DNA of 36,908 nucleotides from Caldilineae bacterium (GTDB lineage Bacteria; Chloroflexota; Anaerolineae; DTLA01): positions 1 through 36,908 of the forward strand of contig JBBIHX010000012.1 of the NCBI GenBank assembly GCA_037446815.1, given 5' to 3'. The notes below the pieces were generated by a model that searched no databases, was not told the origin of the DNA, and saw only the letters and a program-made list of their open reading frames with translations. The stretch's first letter is position 1. Each line of letters opens with the position of its first letter. Of this stretch, positions 15,460 to 23,891 are shown one piece after another. The translations under genes were made by a program, and so were the position numbers.

Positions 15460-16056
15460 ATGGGCAAAATCGTTGACGCGCGCGGGCTTCCGTGCCCGCA
15501 GCCCGTAATCCTCACCCGCAACGCGCTCGCCGAAGAGGCGTCGGTTACCACCATTGTGGACAACGAAACGGCCCGCCAGAACGTGCAGCGCATGGCGCAG
15601 GGCCTCGGCGCCGACATCCGCGTGGAAATCCGCGAGGACGGCATCTACCTGCACATCTCCCGCGCATCGCAGCCGCAGGCCGTGCCCCAACCCGCGGCGG
15701 AGGCCACGCCGGCGTCGGGGCCGCTGGTGCTGGTGGTGCCCGGCGAGTTCATGGGGCGCGGCGACGACCCCGAACTGGGCCGCATCCTGATTCGCGCCTT
15801 CTTCCACACCCTCGGCGAGGTGGAGCCGTTGCCCGATGTCATCATCTTCTTCAATGCAGGCGTCAAACTGGTGGTGGAAGGCTCGGCGGTGCTGGACGAC
15901 CTCAACGCCTTGTGCGGGCGCGGGGTGAAGGTGCTGGCCTGTGGGACATGCCTGGGCCACTTCGGGCTGAAGGACAAAGTCGCCGTGGGCGAAATCTCCA
16001 ACATGTACACCATCGCCGAGACCATGCTGCGGGCGGGCAAGGTGGTCAGCCTGTAG
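15460..16056 (+). CDS. yedF: Sulfurtransferase-like selenium metabolism protein YedF (TusA-like + DsrE-like domains)
   Basis: VDARGLPCPQPVI TusA motif. MGRGDDPELGRILIRAFF, FFNAGVKL, LACGTCL, VGEISNMY. AGGAGG RBS. Confidence 0.88.
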   Translation: MGKIVDARGLPCPQPVILTRNALAEEASVTTIVDNETARQNVQRMAQGLGADIRVEIREDGIYLHISRASQPQAVPQPAAEATPASGPLVLVVPGEFMGRGDDPELGRILIRAFFHTLGEVEPLPDVIIFFNAGVKLVVEGSAVLDDLNALCGRGVKVLACGTCLGHFGLKDKVAVGEISNMYTIAETMLRAGKVVSL

Positions 16057-16103
16057 CGCGATGGGAAAATAGTCCCAATTTGGCGCAATTTGTGCCAAAA
16101 CCG

Positions 16104-16132
16104 TTGCGCGTTTGGCGGTTTGCATGTATAAT
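16104..16132 (+). promoter_or_regulatory. Putative promoter of the response regulator
   Basis: TTGCGC-N17-TATAAT, preceded by the inverted repeat TTGGCGCAATTTGTGCCAA (16080-16098). Confidence 0.5.
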
Positions 16133-16192
16133 AACGTTGTACCTACAGCGCCACCGCCCATACAACCCAGCCAGAGCGACAAGGAGGCCTCA

Positions 16193-16924
16193 GTGACAGG
16201 GCCATCACAACCGACAACGCCGTCGCCCCTCCGCCGAACGCGCATCTTGGCGGTGGATGACGAGCGATCCATACTGGACATCATCCGACGCCGCCTGGAA
16301 CCTGAAGGGTACGAGGTCATCACCGCCCGCGACGGGGAGGAAGCCCTCAAGGTTGCCCTGGAATGGGAGCCGGACCTGGCCATCTTGGACGTCATCATGC
16401 CCAAGATGGACGGGCTGGAACTGTGCCGCCGCATGCGGGAGCATCCGAATCTGGCCACCCTCCCCGTGCTGTTCCTCACCAGCCGCGAGTCGGTGGAGGA
16501 CCGCATCCGCGGGTTTGAGGCGGGGGCCGACGACTATCTCCCCAAGCCTTTTGACCTGCGCGAACTCTCGCTGCGCATCCGCGCCCTTCTGCGCCGCATG
16601 CGGGCCGTCCCCGAAGAGAGAGGCGTGCTCCGCGTCGGGCGCCTGGCCCTGAACCTCAACTCGTTCGTCCTGGAAGCGGGAGACCGCCAGGTGCTCCTCA
16701 CGCCTGTGGAGTTCCAACTCATGCAGCACCTGATGAAGAATCCGGGCGTCGTGTTCACCTCCGAGCGCCTGCTCAAGGAGGTCTGGGGCTACCCGACGGG
16801 GGCCGGCAGCACCGACCTGGTGCGCGCCCACATCCGCAACATCCGCGCCAAAATTGAGCCAGACCCCGCCAACCCCATCTACATCCGCACGGTCTCGCGC
16901 CACGGGTATACGGTCAGCGGCTAG
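16193..16924 (+). CDS. OmpR/PhoB-family response regulator (no adjacent kinase)
   Basis: ILAVDDE, ILDVIMPKMDG, GADDYLPKPF, winged-helix IYIRTVSRHGY. AAGGAGG RBS before GTG 16193. Confidence 0.92.
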   Translation: MTGPSQPTTPSPLRRTRILAVDDERSILDIIRRRLEPEGYEVITARDGEEALKVALEWEPDLAILDVIMPKMDGLELCRRMREHPNLATLPVLFLTSRESVEDRIRGFEAGADDYLPKPFDLRELSLRIRALLRRMRAVPEERGVLRVGRLALNLNSFVLEAGDRQVLLTPVEFQLMQHLMKNPGVVFTSERLLKEVWGYPTGAGSTDLVRAHIRNIRAKIEPDPANPIYIRTVSRHGYTVSG

Positions 16925-17454
16925 ACGGCAAGGCCTCGCTCTCACGGAACGTTTACGTTGCATTCACCCAACCTTCACGCCCGTTGCTGGGGTATTGTTG
17001 TACAATGGAGCGCGGAAAGGGTAAGCGAAACCAGCACAGCATCATCCCGATCGTTCACACGCATCATCCCGTTATACTGTTTCGGAGTGCGGCAGGCGTC
17101 CCGGCGCACTCCCCAAGCGACGCACCCACACCGTAGCCGGACACCGAGTCCGGAGTCGCTATCCTCCGCAGGGCACCCAGCGCACCGGTGCCCCCAACCG
17201 AACAGCGGGCCTCGCAACCGGCAAGCGGCGCGAACCGCAAACCCGCCACCTCTCCCACGGGCCGGCGAGAGGCCCCGAAATCTCCGAGGGCTTCCCACGA
17301 AGCCCTCTTCCCTTTGCCTTCGGGGGGAACCTTCCGACCCTCCTCCGCGTCCATACGGTGTACCTTGTGGGGCAATTGCCAATTTGCCCAACGGATGCGT
17401 TCCATTGCAGCAACGAGAGTCAATAACAACTATCCGTGTGGAGGAGAACAGACC

Positions 17455-18198
17455 ATGAGGAACCGAAGCATCATCATCGCAGGAACGCTCCTGCTCATCG
17501 GCGCGCTGGCGCTCAGCGCGTGCGGCACGCCCGCTTCATCCCAAGGCCCCGCACAGCAGCAGCCGGTCCGCACCATCACCGTCGTCGGCCAGGGCAAAGC
17601 CACCGGAGCGCCGACCGTGGCCCATGTGAACATCGGCGTGGAAACCACCGGCGCATCGGCCCAGGAGGCCATGGACGCCAACCGCGCCAAGATGAGCGCG
17701 CTTCTGGAGAAAATCAAGGCCCTGGGCATTGCGGAAAAGGACATCCAGACCAGCAACTTCAGCATCTACGCCGAGCAGCGGCCCAGCGCTGCGCCCCTGG
17801 GCACCGGCAAGGAGGAGTACACCCTGGTGTACCACGTGTCCAACCAGGTGAACCTGACCATCCGCGACATCGCCAAGGTGGGAGACACGCTGGACCAGGC
17901 CGTGGCCGCCGGCGCCAACAGCGTCTACGGGGTGTACTTCACCATGGAGGACACCGCCGACCTGGAAGCCCAGGCGCGCGAGAAGGCCATCGCCGATGCC
18001 CGCGCCCGCGCCGAGGCCCTCGCCTCGCTCAGCGGGGTTAGCGTGGGCGAGGTTATCACCATCAGCGAGGTCATCGGCACGCCCAGCCCGGTGTACTACA
18101 ACATCGCCAAGGTGGAAGGCATGGGCGCGGCCACGCCCATCCAGCCCGGCGAGTACGAGGTCAGCCTCAACGTCCAGGTAACCTACGCCATCCAGTAA
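17455..18198 (+). CDS. SIMPL (DUF541) domain lipoprotein
   Basis: Lipobox LSAC. RTITVVGQGKA, IQTSNFSIY, AREKAIADARARAEALA, PIQPGE...VQVTY. GGAGG RBS. Confidence 0.9.
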   Translation: MRNRSIIIAGTLLLIGALALSACGTPASSQGPAQQQPVRTITVVGQGKATGAPTVAHVNIGVETTGASAQEAMDANRAKMSALLEKIKALGIAEKDIQTSNFSIYAEQRPSAAPLGTGKEEYTLVYHVSNQVNLTIRDIAKVGDTLDQAVAAGANSVYGVYFTMEDTADLEAQAREKAIADARARAEALASLSGVSVGEVITISEVIGTPSPVYYNIAKVEGMGAATPIQPGEYEVSLNVQVTYAIQ

Positions 18199-18226
18199 GT
18201 AAAGCCGCACCAAGCGGGACGCAACG

Positions 18227-18263
18227 AAACGCAGGGGTGATTCACGAATCGCCCCTGCGTTTT
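18227..18263. terminator. Bidirectional terminator/REP-like hairpin between convergent genes
   Basis: AAACGCAGGGGTGATTC-AC-GAATCGCCCCTGCGTTTT. Confidence 0.7.
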
Positions 18264-18272
18264 ACCGTGTAT

Positions 18273-20159
18273 CTACTGCCCGGACGGAGCCACCGCGCAG
18301 CGCACGGCATCATCGGCCAGCCGCGCGCCGCTCCCATCGGTTGCCACCCAACGTGTGCCCACCGACGGCTCCCACACACCGAAGGCGACCGTGAGAGGGC
18401 CGGGCGGCGCGTCCCGGAACACGCGCACGTCGCGCACCGTATCGCCCTGTCGCCACTGCGCGATGGGATACAGCCCCCGGATGGGATCGCCGTCCGCCTG
18501 GGCCACGAGGCGCCCATCGGCATCCAGCAGGTGAGCGAACACCGTTGGCCCGCCGTCCTCCTGCGCCGTCAAGTGCCACGTTGCAATCAATGTAACTTGC
18601 CCGCCCTCCCTCCGACAGTCCGCCGACAGGAGCAGAAGACGGTCGCCGAAACGCGCCAGGGGCGTGGATATAGCCGCCGAGGGCATCACAGCGCCGGCCT
18701 CCTCCAGCGCCATCGTCCCGCCGGCGTGGTACGTCGTAACCATGACGCGCCCCGCTGCGCGGATGTCGTCCGGCGAGAGCGGCGGCCCAGCCAGTTCCAC
18801 CCTATACGGCAGCGACGGCAAGATGCTCCCCGCCGCGCGCTCAAAGGCCGCGCCCGCCTTCCCCGTGTGCACCTGCACCAGCAGGTCGGCGTCCGACGGC
18901 GGCGGCATGGGGATGACGCCCTCGTGGCCCAGGGGATACATCCGCGTCGGCGGCGTGATGCGCCCGGGCAGGTTGACGAGAAGCACAGGTCCGGCCTCGT
19001 CCGCCGCGCCAATGGCCTGCCACAGGATGTCGCCCGCGCGCCCGTACAGGCCCATCGTCCGATGCACGAACATTGCGGCCGGCGCCAGCGCCGCGACTGC
19101 CACCGCCGCGCCGATTGCCACGCGAACCCACGCGCGCCTGGCCGCCGCGAGGCTCGTCAGCCCCGCCGTCCAGAGCATCGCCACGCCCGCCGCGCCGACG
19201 TACAGAACGCGGGGCGGGTCGCGCATCCAGTCATACTGCTGAGTCGCAAGGGGTATGGCGCTCCAGAGAACCGCCCAAGCCGCGCCCAGCAGGAGCAGCC
19301 GCGCCTGCCTGGCCCGCACGGCCGCCCAGGCCAACGCCCCCGCCACGCCGGCCATCGCCGCGACCGAAAGGGGCCACACTGCCCCCCCAAGGCGATGCGT
19401 CCACGTTAGGACGGGGGCCAGCGGATACGCCGCCGCCAGAATCGCCATGGCCAGATTCGCGCCCCAGTTGCCGACATTCAGCGAGTAGGCCGTCCCCGCA
19501 GGCGCAAAGTGCAGCACGCACGCCAGGGGCACCGCGCCGGCCAACAGATACGGCGCCGCCCTCCGCACATCGGGCCTCGGCGCGGTCAACAGCACAGCCA
19601 GAAACGCCACAGGCCCCGCCATCACCGCCGGCTCGTACGCGAACCCGGCCAGCGCCACCAGCGCCAGGCCCGCCGCGTAGCGCCAACCTGCGCCCGCGCC
19701 CAACAGGATACCCCCCAGCGCAAGGGCCACCGCCAACGGGTACGACAACGACGACGCCCACGCTACCGCGTCCGTCGCGAAGGGAAACGCCGCGAACAGC
19801 GCCGCTGCCAGCGCGGACGCCGCCACGGGTCGGCGGCTCCATCGGCTCGCCAGGATGCCCACCAGCGCGCCGCATAGCGCATGCCCCAGGAGATTCAGAC
19901 CGTGTGCAACCGCCGGCGTGAGCAAGCCGACCCAATCCAGGAGTTTCCACAGGCTGAAATGCAGCGGCCGATAGTCGCCGTAGGGACTCACGGAGCGCCA
20001 CAAGTCCAGCAGAGGCGTGGCGCGCACCCACAGGACTTGCAGGAGATCATCGGAGTAGAAGGGCAAGCCGATGGCGCGTCCGTACAGCACCACCGTCAAA
20101 GCGAACGCAGTGAGCAGGGCTATCGCAGCCTCCCTGCGCCGCCCGACCATCCTCGCCAT
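18273..20159 (-). CDS. Polytopic membrane protein, GT-C/PMT-like N-terminus with extracytoplasmic C-terminal domain
   Basis: FYSDD acidic motif after TM1, YRPL, about 11 hydrophobic helices, C-terminal TVFAHLLDADGRLVAQADG...WRQGDTVRD module. Confidence 0.65.
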   Translation of the reverse strand: MARMVGRRREAAIALLTAFALTVVLYGRAIGLPFYSDDLLQVLWVRATPLLDLWRSVSPYGDYRPLHFSLWKLLDWVGLLTPAVAHGLNLLGHALCGALVGILASRWSRRPVAASALAAALFAAFPFATDAVAWASSLSYPLAVALALGGILLGAGAGWRYAAGLALVALAGFAYEPAVMAGPVAFLAVLLTAPRPDVRRAAPYLLAGAVPLACVLHFAPAGTAYSLNVGNWGANLAMAILAAAYPLAPVLTWTHRLGGAVWPLSVAAMAGVAGALAWAAVRARQARLLLLGAAWAVLWSAIPLATQQYDWMRDPPRVLYVGAAGVAMLWTAGLTSLAAARRAWVRVAIGAAVAVAALAPAAMFVHRTMGLYGRAGDILWQAIGAADEAGPVLLVNLPGRITPPTRMYPLGHEGVIPMPPPSDADLLVQVHTGKAGAAFERAAGSILPSLPYRVELAGPPLSPDDIRAAGRVMVTTYHAGGTMALEEAGAVMPSAAISTPLARFGDRLLLLSADCRREGGQVTLIATWHLTAQEDGGPTVFAHLLDADGRLVAQADGDPIRGLYPIAQWRQGDTVRDVRVFRDAPPGPLTVAFGVWEPSVGTRWVATDGSGARLADDAVRCAVAPSGQ

Positions 20160-21130
20160 TATGTCAACTCCCGCCCCTTGCCCGAATCGGTAACCTCGGC
20201 CAGCGCCTCCGGGTACGGGTCAAAGAAGACCTGTTCCGCCAGGTACGCGTTGTCAAACCGCACAATCCACGCGCGAAGGATGGCGACGGCGGCGCTGAGC
20301 GGAATCTTCCGGTCGCGGTACCGTTCCAGCGTGTCCAGGAAGAGCGCCTTCTCCCGCGCCGACAGGCCGTCGGAGAAATAGCCCAGGGCGTGCATGAGGA
20401 CGTTGATAATGGCGCCGGCCCGCGGCGGACGCGACAGCGCCTTGCCGAAGTGCGCCCGATAGTCGGCGGCCACATCGGCAAACGGCCGCCTGTCCGGGTT
20501 GGCAACCACGCGGCCCAGGGTGCGCAGCGCGGTCTGATTGTAGGCCATCAGCAGCAGTTTGTGGCGCGCGTGGAAGGCCACCAGGTCGCGCATGGCGCCC
20601 GATGCCAGGGTCTCGCGCAGGCGCGCCAGCGCGAATACCCGCGTGAGGAAATGCTCGCGAATGCCGAAGTTGGTCAGCCGCCCCTCGTCCTCCACGGGCA
20701 AGTCGCCGAACCGCTCCAGCACCGCCGCGGCGAAGAACCCCGCGCCCTTGCCCGAGGGGGATGTGGCCTCAGCGGTGGGGTACACCTTCACATCCTTGAT
20801 GCCGCAGGACGGCGAGCGGCTCTTGAGGATGAATCCATCCACGTCGCCGACGGCATCCAGGTAGCCCTGCGCGAAGCGGGTCATCTCGGCGGTAACGTCC
20901 CTGCCGGTCGCGGGCTGAATCAGCCGCAGTTCGCCCCCCACCGACACGACGCGCACCGGATCGCGCGGCACGCCCAGGCCAATCTCCACCTCGGCGCACA
21001 CGGGGACGAACTCCACATGCGGCTCTAGGAGGCTCACGAACGCGTCGGGGATGGTTACGCCGTTCCAGCGGCACGCGGCGAACCCCAGGCACCTACTCAC
21101 AACGATTCGGGGCTTGGGAAACTGGGACAT
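20159..21130 (-). CDS. DUF523 (thiouracil-desulfurase-like) + DUF1722 (YbgA) protein
   Basis: VSRCLG...CRWNG, VCAEVEIGLGVPR, FILKSRSPSCG, VEDEGRL, FHARHKLLLMA, YLAEQVFFDPYP. Confidence 0.88.
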   Translation of the reverse strand: MSQFPKPRIVVSRCLGFAACRWNGVTIPDAFVSLLEPHVEFVPVCAEVEIGLGVPRDPVRVVSVGGELRLIQPATGRDVTAEMTRFAQGYLDAVGDVDGFILKSRSPSCGIKDVKVYPTAEATSPSGKGAGFFAAAVLERFGDLPVEDEGRLTNFGIREHFLTRVFALARLRETLASGAMRDLVAFHARHKLLLMAYNQTALRTLGRVVANPDRRPFADVAADYRAHFGKALSRPPRAGAIINVLMHALGYFSDGLSAREKALFLDTLERYRDRKIPLSAAVAILRAWIVRFDNAYLAEQVFFDPYPEALAEVTDSGKGRELT

Positions 21131-21179
21131 GCGACGCCTCCCGTGTGGGTGAACCTAATTATACCAAGTGCGGCGCGTA

Positions 21180-21279
21180 NNNNNNNNNNNNNNNNNNNNN
21201 NNNNNNNNNNNNNNNNNNNNNNNNNNNNNNNNNNNNNNNNNNNNNNNNNNNNNNNNNNNNNNNNNNNNNNNNNNNNNNN
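21180..21279. other. Assembly gap (100 N)
   Basis: Run of N. Both flanks carry GTGCGGCGCGTA. Confidence 0.99.
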
Positions 21280-21289
21280 GTGCGGCGCG

Positions 21290-21325
21290 TAAGGGCAGGG
21301 CTGAGACCTGCCCCACTGCCCCTAC
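21290..21325. repeat. GTAG-type REP-like hairpin
   Basis: Minus strand GTAGGGGCAGTGGGGCAGGTCTCAGCCCTGCCCTTA. Confidence 0.5.
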
Positions 21326-21339
21326 CTATGCGTCCGCCC

Positions 21340-22053
21340 TCAGGACTCCGCCTCGCGCTCGGCCCCCTTGTAGCGGCCCTGGAACGCCTCCATCAGCGCC
21401 TTGCGCTGCTCGGGCGAAAGGGTCTCTTCTTTGGACACGCTCCGCAGAAAGTCCTTCAACTGCTTCTCGGTGAGCACCGGCACATCGGGGTTCTGCACGG
21501 TCAGTTCGGCGCGCGGCGACGAGAACACCACGGCCCCGTGCACGGGCACCTCCACATCGGGCAGCACGCGAGCCACGAACTTCCGCGCCGCGTCCACCAG
21601 CGCCTTCAGGTCCCGCGACGGGTTCCCCAGCGACTCGGTGCCGAAGAACCCGAACAGTCGGCGGAACGTGAAGGGATGTTTCCACCGATTGCCGTTGACG
21701 ATAATCCGCCCGTCCTGCGGCTTGACCAGGAACACGATGACGCCGGAAGGCCCCACCACCGCATGGGGCACCGGCCCCGTGTAGTTGAACAGCGTGAACT
21801 TGTTGCTGAACCCCTTCAGCCCGCGCGTCAGCACCTGATCGGCGCGGGGCTCCTTGATCCACTGGTTGGCGTTGTACACGCCGATGTTGGATACGGTGAA
21901 TCCGATGACAAGGCAACCCAACGATACCAAGAAGAGTTGCGGCGAGAAGGACACCACGAACCCCACCAGGAGAATCAGCAAGCCGATGAGGCTCGCCCGC
22001 TTCCCCAACTTGGCGCGCGTGGCAATCAACTGTTCGTCGGTTACGACCTTCAT
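21340..22053 (-). CDS. Membrane-anchored NERD (nuclease-related domain)-like protein
   Basis: Two N-terminal TM helices. LFNY...VPHAVVGPSGVIVFLVK...G.I...GNRW, GNP, VPVHGAVVFS pattern with catalytic acidic residues degenerate. Confidence 0.6.
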   Translation of the reverse strand: MKVVTDEQLIATRAKLGKRASLIGLLILLVGFVVSFSPQLFLVSLGCLVIGFTVSNIGVYNANQWIKEPRADQVLTRGLKGFSNKFTLFNYTGPVPHAVVGPSGVIVFLVKPQDGRIIVNGNRWKHPFTFRRLFGFFGTESLGNPSRDLKALVDAARKFVARVLPDVEVPVHGAVVFSSPRAELTVQNPDVPVLTEKQLKDFLRSVSKEETLSPEQRKALMEAFQGRYKGAEREAES

Positions 22054-23063
22054 CTATCCTCTCCCGAGATGCCCATGCGTTCGGACACCCCCTGCTTGAT
22101 CTGCTCCACAATCTTGCCGTTCACCGCCCGCTCGGCCACGCGGATAGCGTTGCAGATGGCCTTGGCGTTGGAGCGGCCATGGGCGATAATCACCACGCCG
22201 TCCACACCCAGCAGCGGCGCGCCGCCATACTCCGCGTAGTCCAGGCGGTGCTTCACGGCGCGGAACGCCGGCTTGGCTAACAGCGCCCCCAGCATCGCCA
22301 CCTTGCGCCGCCGAATCTCCTCGCCGATGATGCCCAGCATCAGCCCGGCAGCTCCCTCGGCCAACTTGATGATGACATTCCCCGTGAACCCGTCGGTAAC
22401 CACCACATCGGCCATGCCCGCGGGGATATCCTTGCCCTCCACATTGCCGATGAAGTTCAGGTTGCTCGCCTTCAGGAGTTCAAACGCCTCCTGCACGAGC
22501 ATGCTTCCCTTACCCGGCTCCTCGCCGTTGGAGACGATGCCTACTTTGGGGTTGGCCACGCCCAGCACCCGCTCGGCGTAGATACTGCCCATGATGCCAA
22601 ACTGCTGGAGGTAGAGCGCCTTGCAGTCCGTGTTCGCGCCGATGTCCAGGATGAACGTGAACCCCTTCTGCGTGGGGAAGACGGTGGACAAGGCGGGCCG
22701 CTTGATGCCTGGGATGCGGCCCAGCCGGAACAGCGCCGCCGCCAGCACGCCGCCGGAATTCCCCGCCGACATGAAGGCGTCGGCCTCGCCGCTCTTCACC
22801 AGGTTCATCCCCACGACCATAGACGAGTCCTCTTTCGCCTTCACCGCTTCGGCGGGGTGCTCGTCCATCTCAATCACCTGGCTGGCGTGGCGGAATTGAA
22901 CTTTGTCGGCGGGAAGGGTGTATTTTTCCAAAAGGGGTCTAACCCTCTCTTCCTGGCCGACCAGGATGATGTCGGCCGAACCGTCGGCCAAATAGGCCTG
23001 AACGCCCTGGATGACCACTTCGGGGGCATAGTCGCCGCCCATCGCGTCCACGACAATTCTCAT
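22050..23063 (-). CDS. plsX: Phosphate acyltransferase PlsX
   Basis: MRIVVDAMGGDYAP, SAGNSG, LDIGAN, NFIGNVEG, VVTDGFTGN, YGGAPLLGVDG, IAHGRS. AGGAGG RBS. Confidence 0.97.
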   Translation of the reverse strand: MRIVVDAMGGDYAPEVVIQGVQAYLADGSADIILVGQEERVRPLLEKYTLPADKVQFRHASQVIEMDEHPAEAVKAKEDSSMVVGMNLVKSGEADAFMSAGNSGGVLAAALFRLGRIPGIKRPALSTVFPTQKGFTFILDIGANTDCKALYLQQFGIMGSIYAERVLGVANPKVGIVSNGEEPGKGSMLVQEAFELLKASNLNFIGNVEGKDIPAGMADVVVTDGFTGNVIIKLAEGAAGLMLGIIGEEIRRRKVAMLGALLAKPAFRAVKHRLDYAEYGGAPLLGVDGVVIIAHGRSNAKAICNAIRVAERAVNGKIVEQIKQGVSERMGISGEDR

Positions 23064-23131
23064 GGGGTGCCTCCTGGTGAGATTGCCCGGGAACAAGGGG
23101 CTTACTCGGATTGTAGTGGATTTTTCTCCAG

Positions 23132-23160
23132 TTGACAACTGGGGCTACGCGGGGTATAAT
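23132..23160 (+). promoter_or_regulatory. Consensus sigma70 promoter of tRNA-Leu
   Basis: TTGACA-N17-TATAAT, 10 nt before the tRNA. Confidence 0.9.
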
Positions 23161-23170
23161 GAGTGCCAAA

Positions 23171-23253
23171 GCCCGCGTGGTGGAATTGGCATACACAGCA
23201 GGTTGAGGGCCTGTGCCGGTGACGGCGTGGAGGTTCGAGTCCTCTCGCGGGCA
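23171..23253 (+). tRNA. tRNA-Leu(GAG)
   Basis: Acceptor stem GCCCGCG/CGCGGGC-A. D loop TGGTGGAATTGGCATACAC. Anticodon arm GCAGG-TTGAGGG-CCTGT. Long variable arm. T arm GGAGG-TTCGAGT-CCTCT. Followed by CCT, so CCA is not fully encoded. Confidence 0.95.
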
Positions 23254-23358
23254 CCTTCATGCGCGACCGTTGCGACCGTGGGCCAGACGAGGTCGCGTGC
23301 GCCGTGGGCCATTCGGTTCCAACGTCCATGGAGCCGAGTCCGAAACCCTACAAGACCC

Positions 23359-23464
23359 ATTCGGTTGCAGAGTGTGTTGGTGGCTGTCATCGCGAGGGCA
23401 CGCAGTGCCCGAAGCAATCTCGGCAAACTGTCATTCTGAGCCGCGAAGCGGCGAAGAATCTCGC
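23359..23464. repeat. REP-like composite repeat (copies of elements at 106-144 and 247-307)
   Basis: Direct sequence identity to the window-start repeats. Confidence 0.85.
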
Positions 23465-23575
23465 CGGCCGTGACGTTTTGCCTTCGGCGCGGCACACGGG
23501 GCAGGAAGGCAGTGCGTAGGACAGGCCAACACTGTTTGGGACCAGGTCAAATTCCGAGCACTTGGCGACAAGACC

Positions 23576-23604
23576 TTGACAGGAGCCTGTAAACCTTATA
23601 TAAT
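23576..23604 (+). promoter_or_regulatory. Consensus sigma70 promoter of the liv operon
   Basis: TTGACA-N17-TATAAT, about 285 nt upstream of the livK ATG. Confidence 0.8.
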
Positions 23605-23891
23605 GGCCCTTGTTGAGGTCATCACAAATCGGTATATCCTGCGAGGATTGGAGTGCCAATGGGGGTAATCTCCAGTTGCTGCTCCAGCACAGGTGTGTGT
23701 CGTGCGCTATGACAGCGCATTCTTGCCTGCCTCGCAGATTTTTTGTAACTTCTGGCCGGTGAAGGGAGGTGATCGGACAAGACATACCTCGTGCAGCGGC
23801 TAGGTCGCTGCCAATCTCCGCACAGTGTGTGCAGTTGGGACCCCAGGATTCTGGCCCCTTGGGCCAACCATGTTGAGGAGGAGAGGTGTTT

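Noticed and set aside
23171..23253. tRNA-Sec candidate because of the long variable arm
   Set aside because: The anticodon is GAG with a 7-bp acceptor stem and discriminator A, so it is an ordinary tRNA-Leu.
23254..23560. Integrative element at the tRNA-Leu 3' end
   Set aside because: There is no integrase and no duplicated tRNA 3' end in the window, only short repeats.
23610..23891. T-box or known riboswitch upstream of livK
   Set aside because: I could not find the T-box antiterminator core or other recognisable aptamer consensus by eye. It is kept only as an unknown structured leader.
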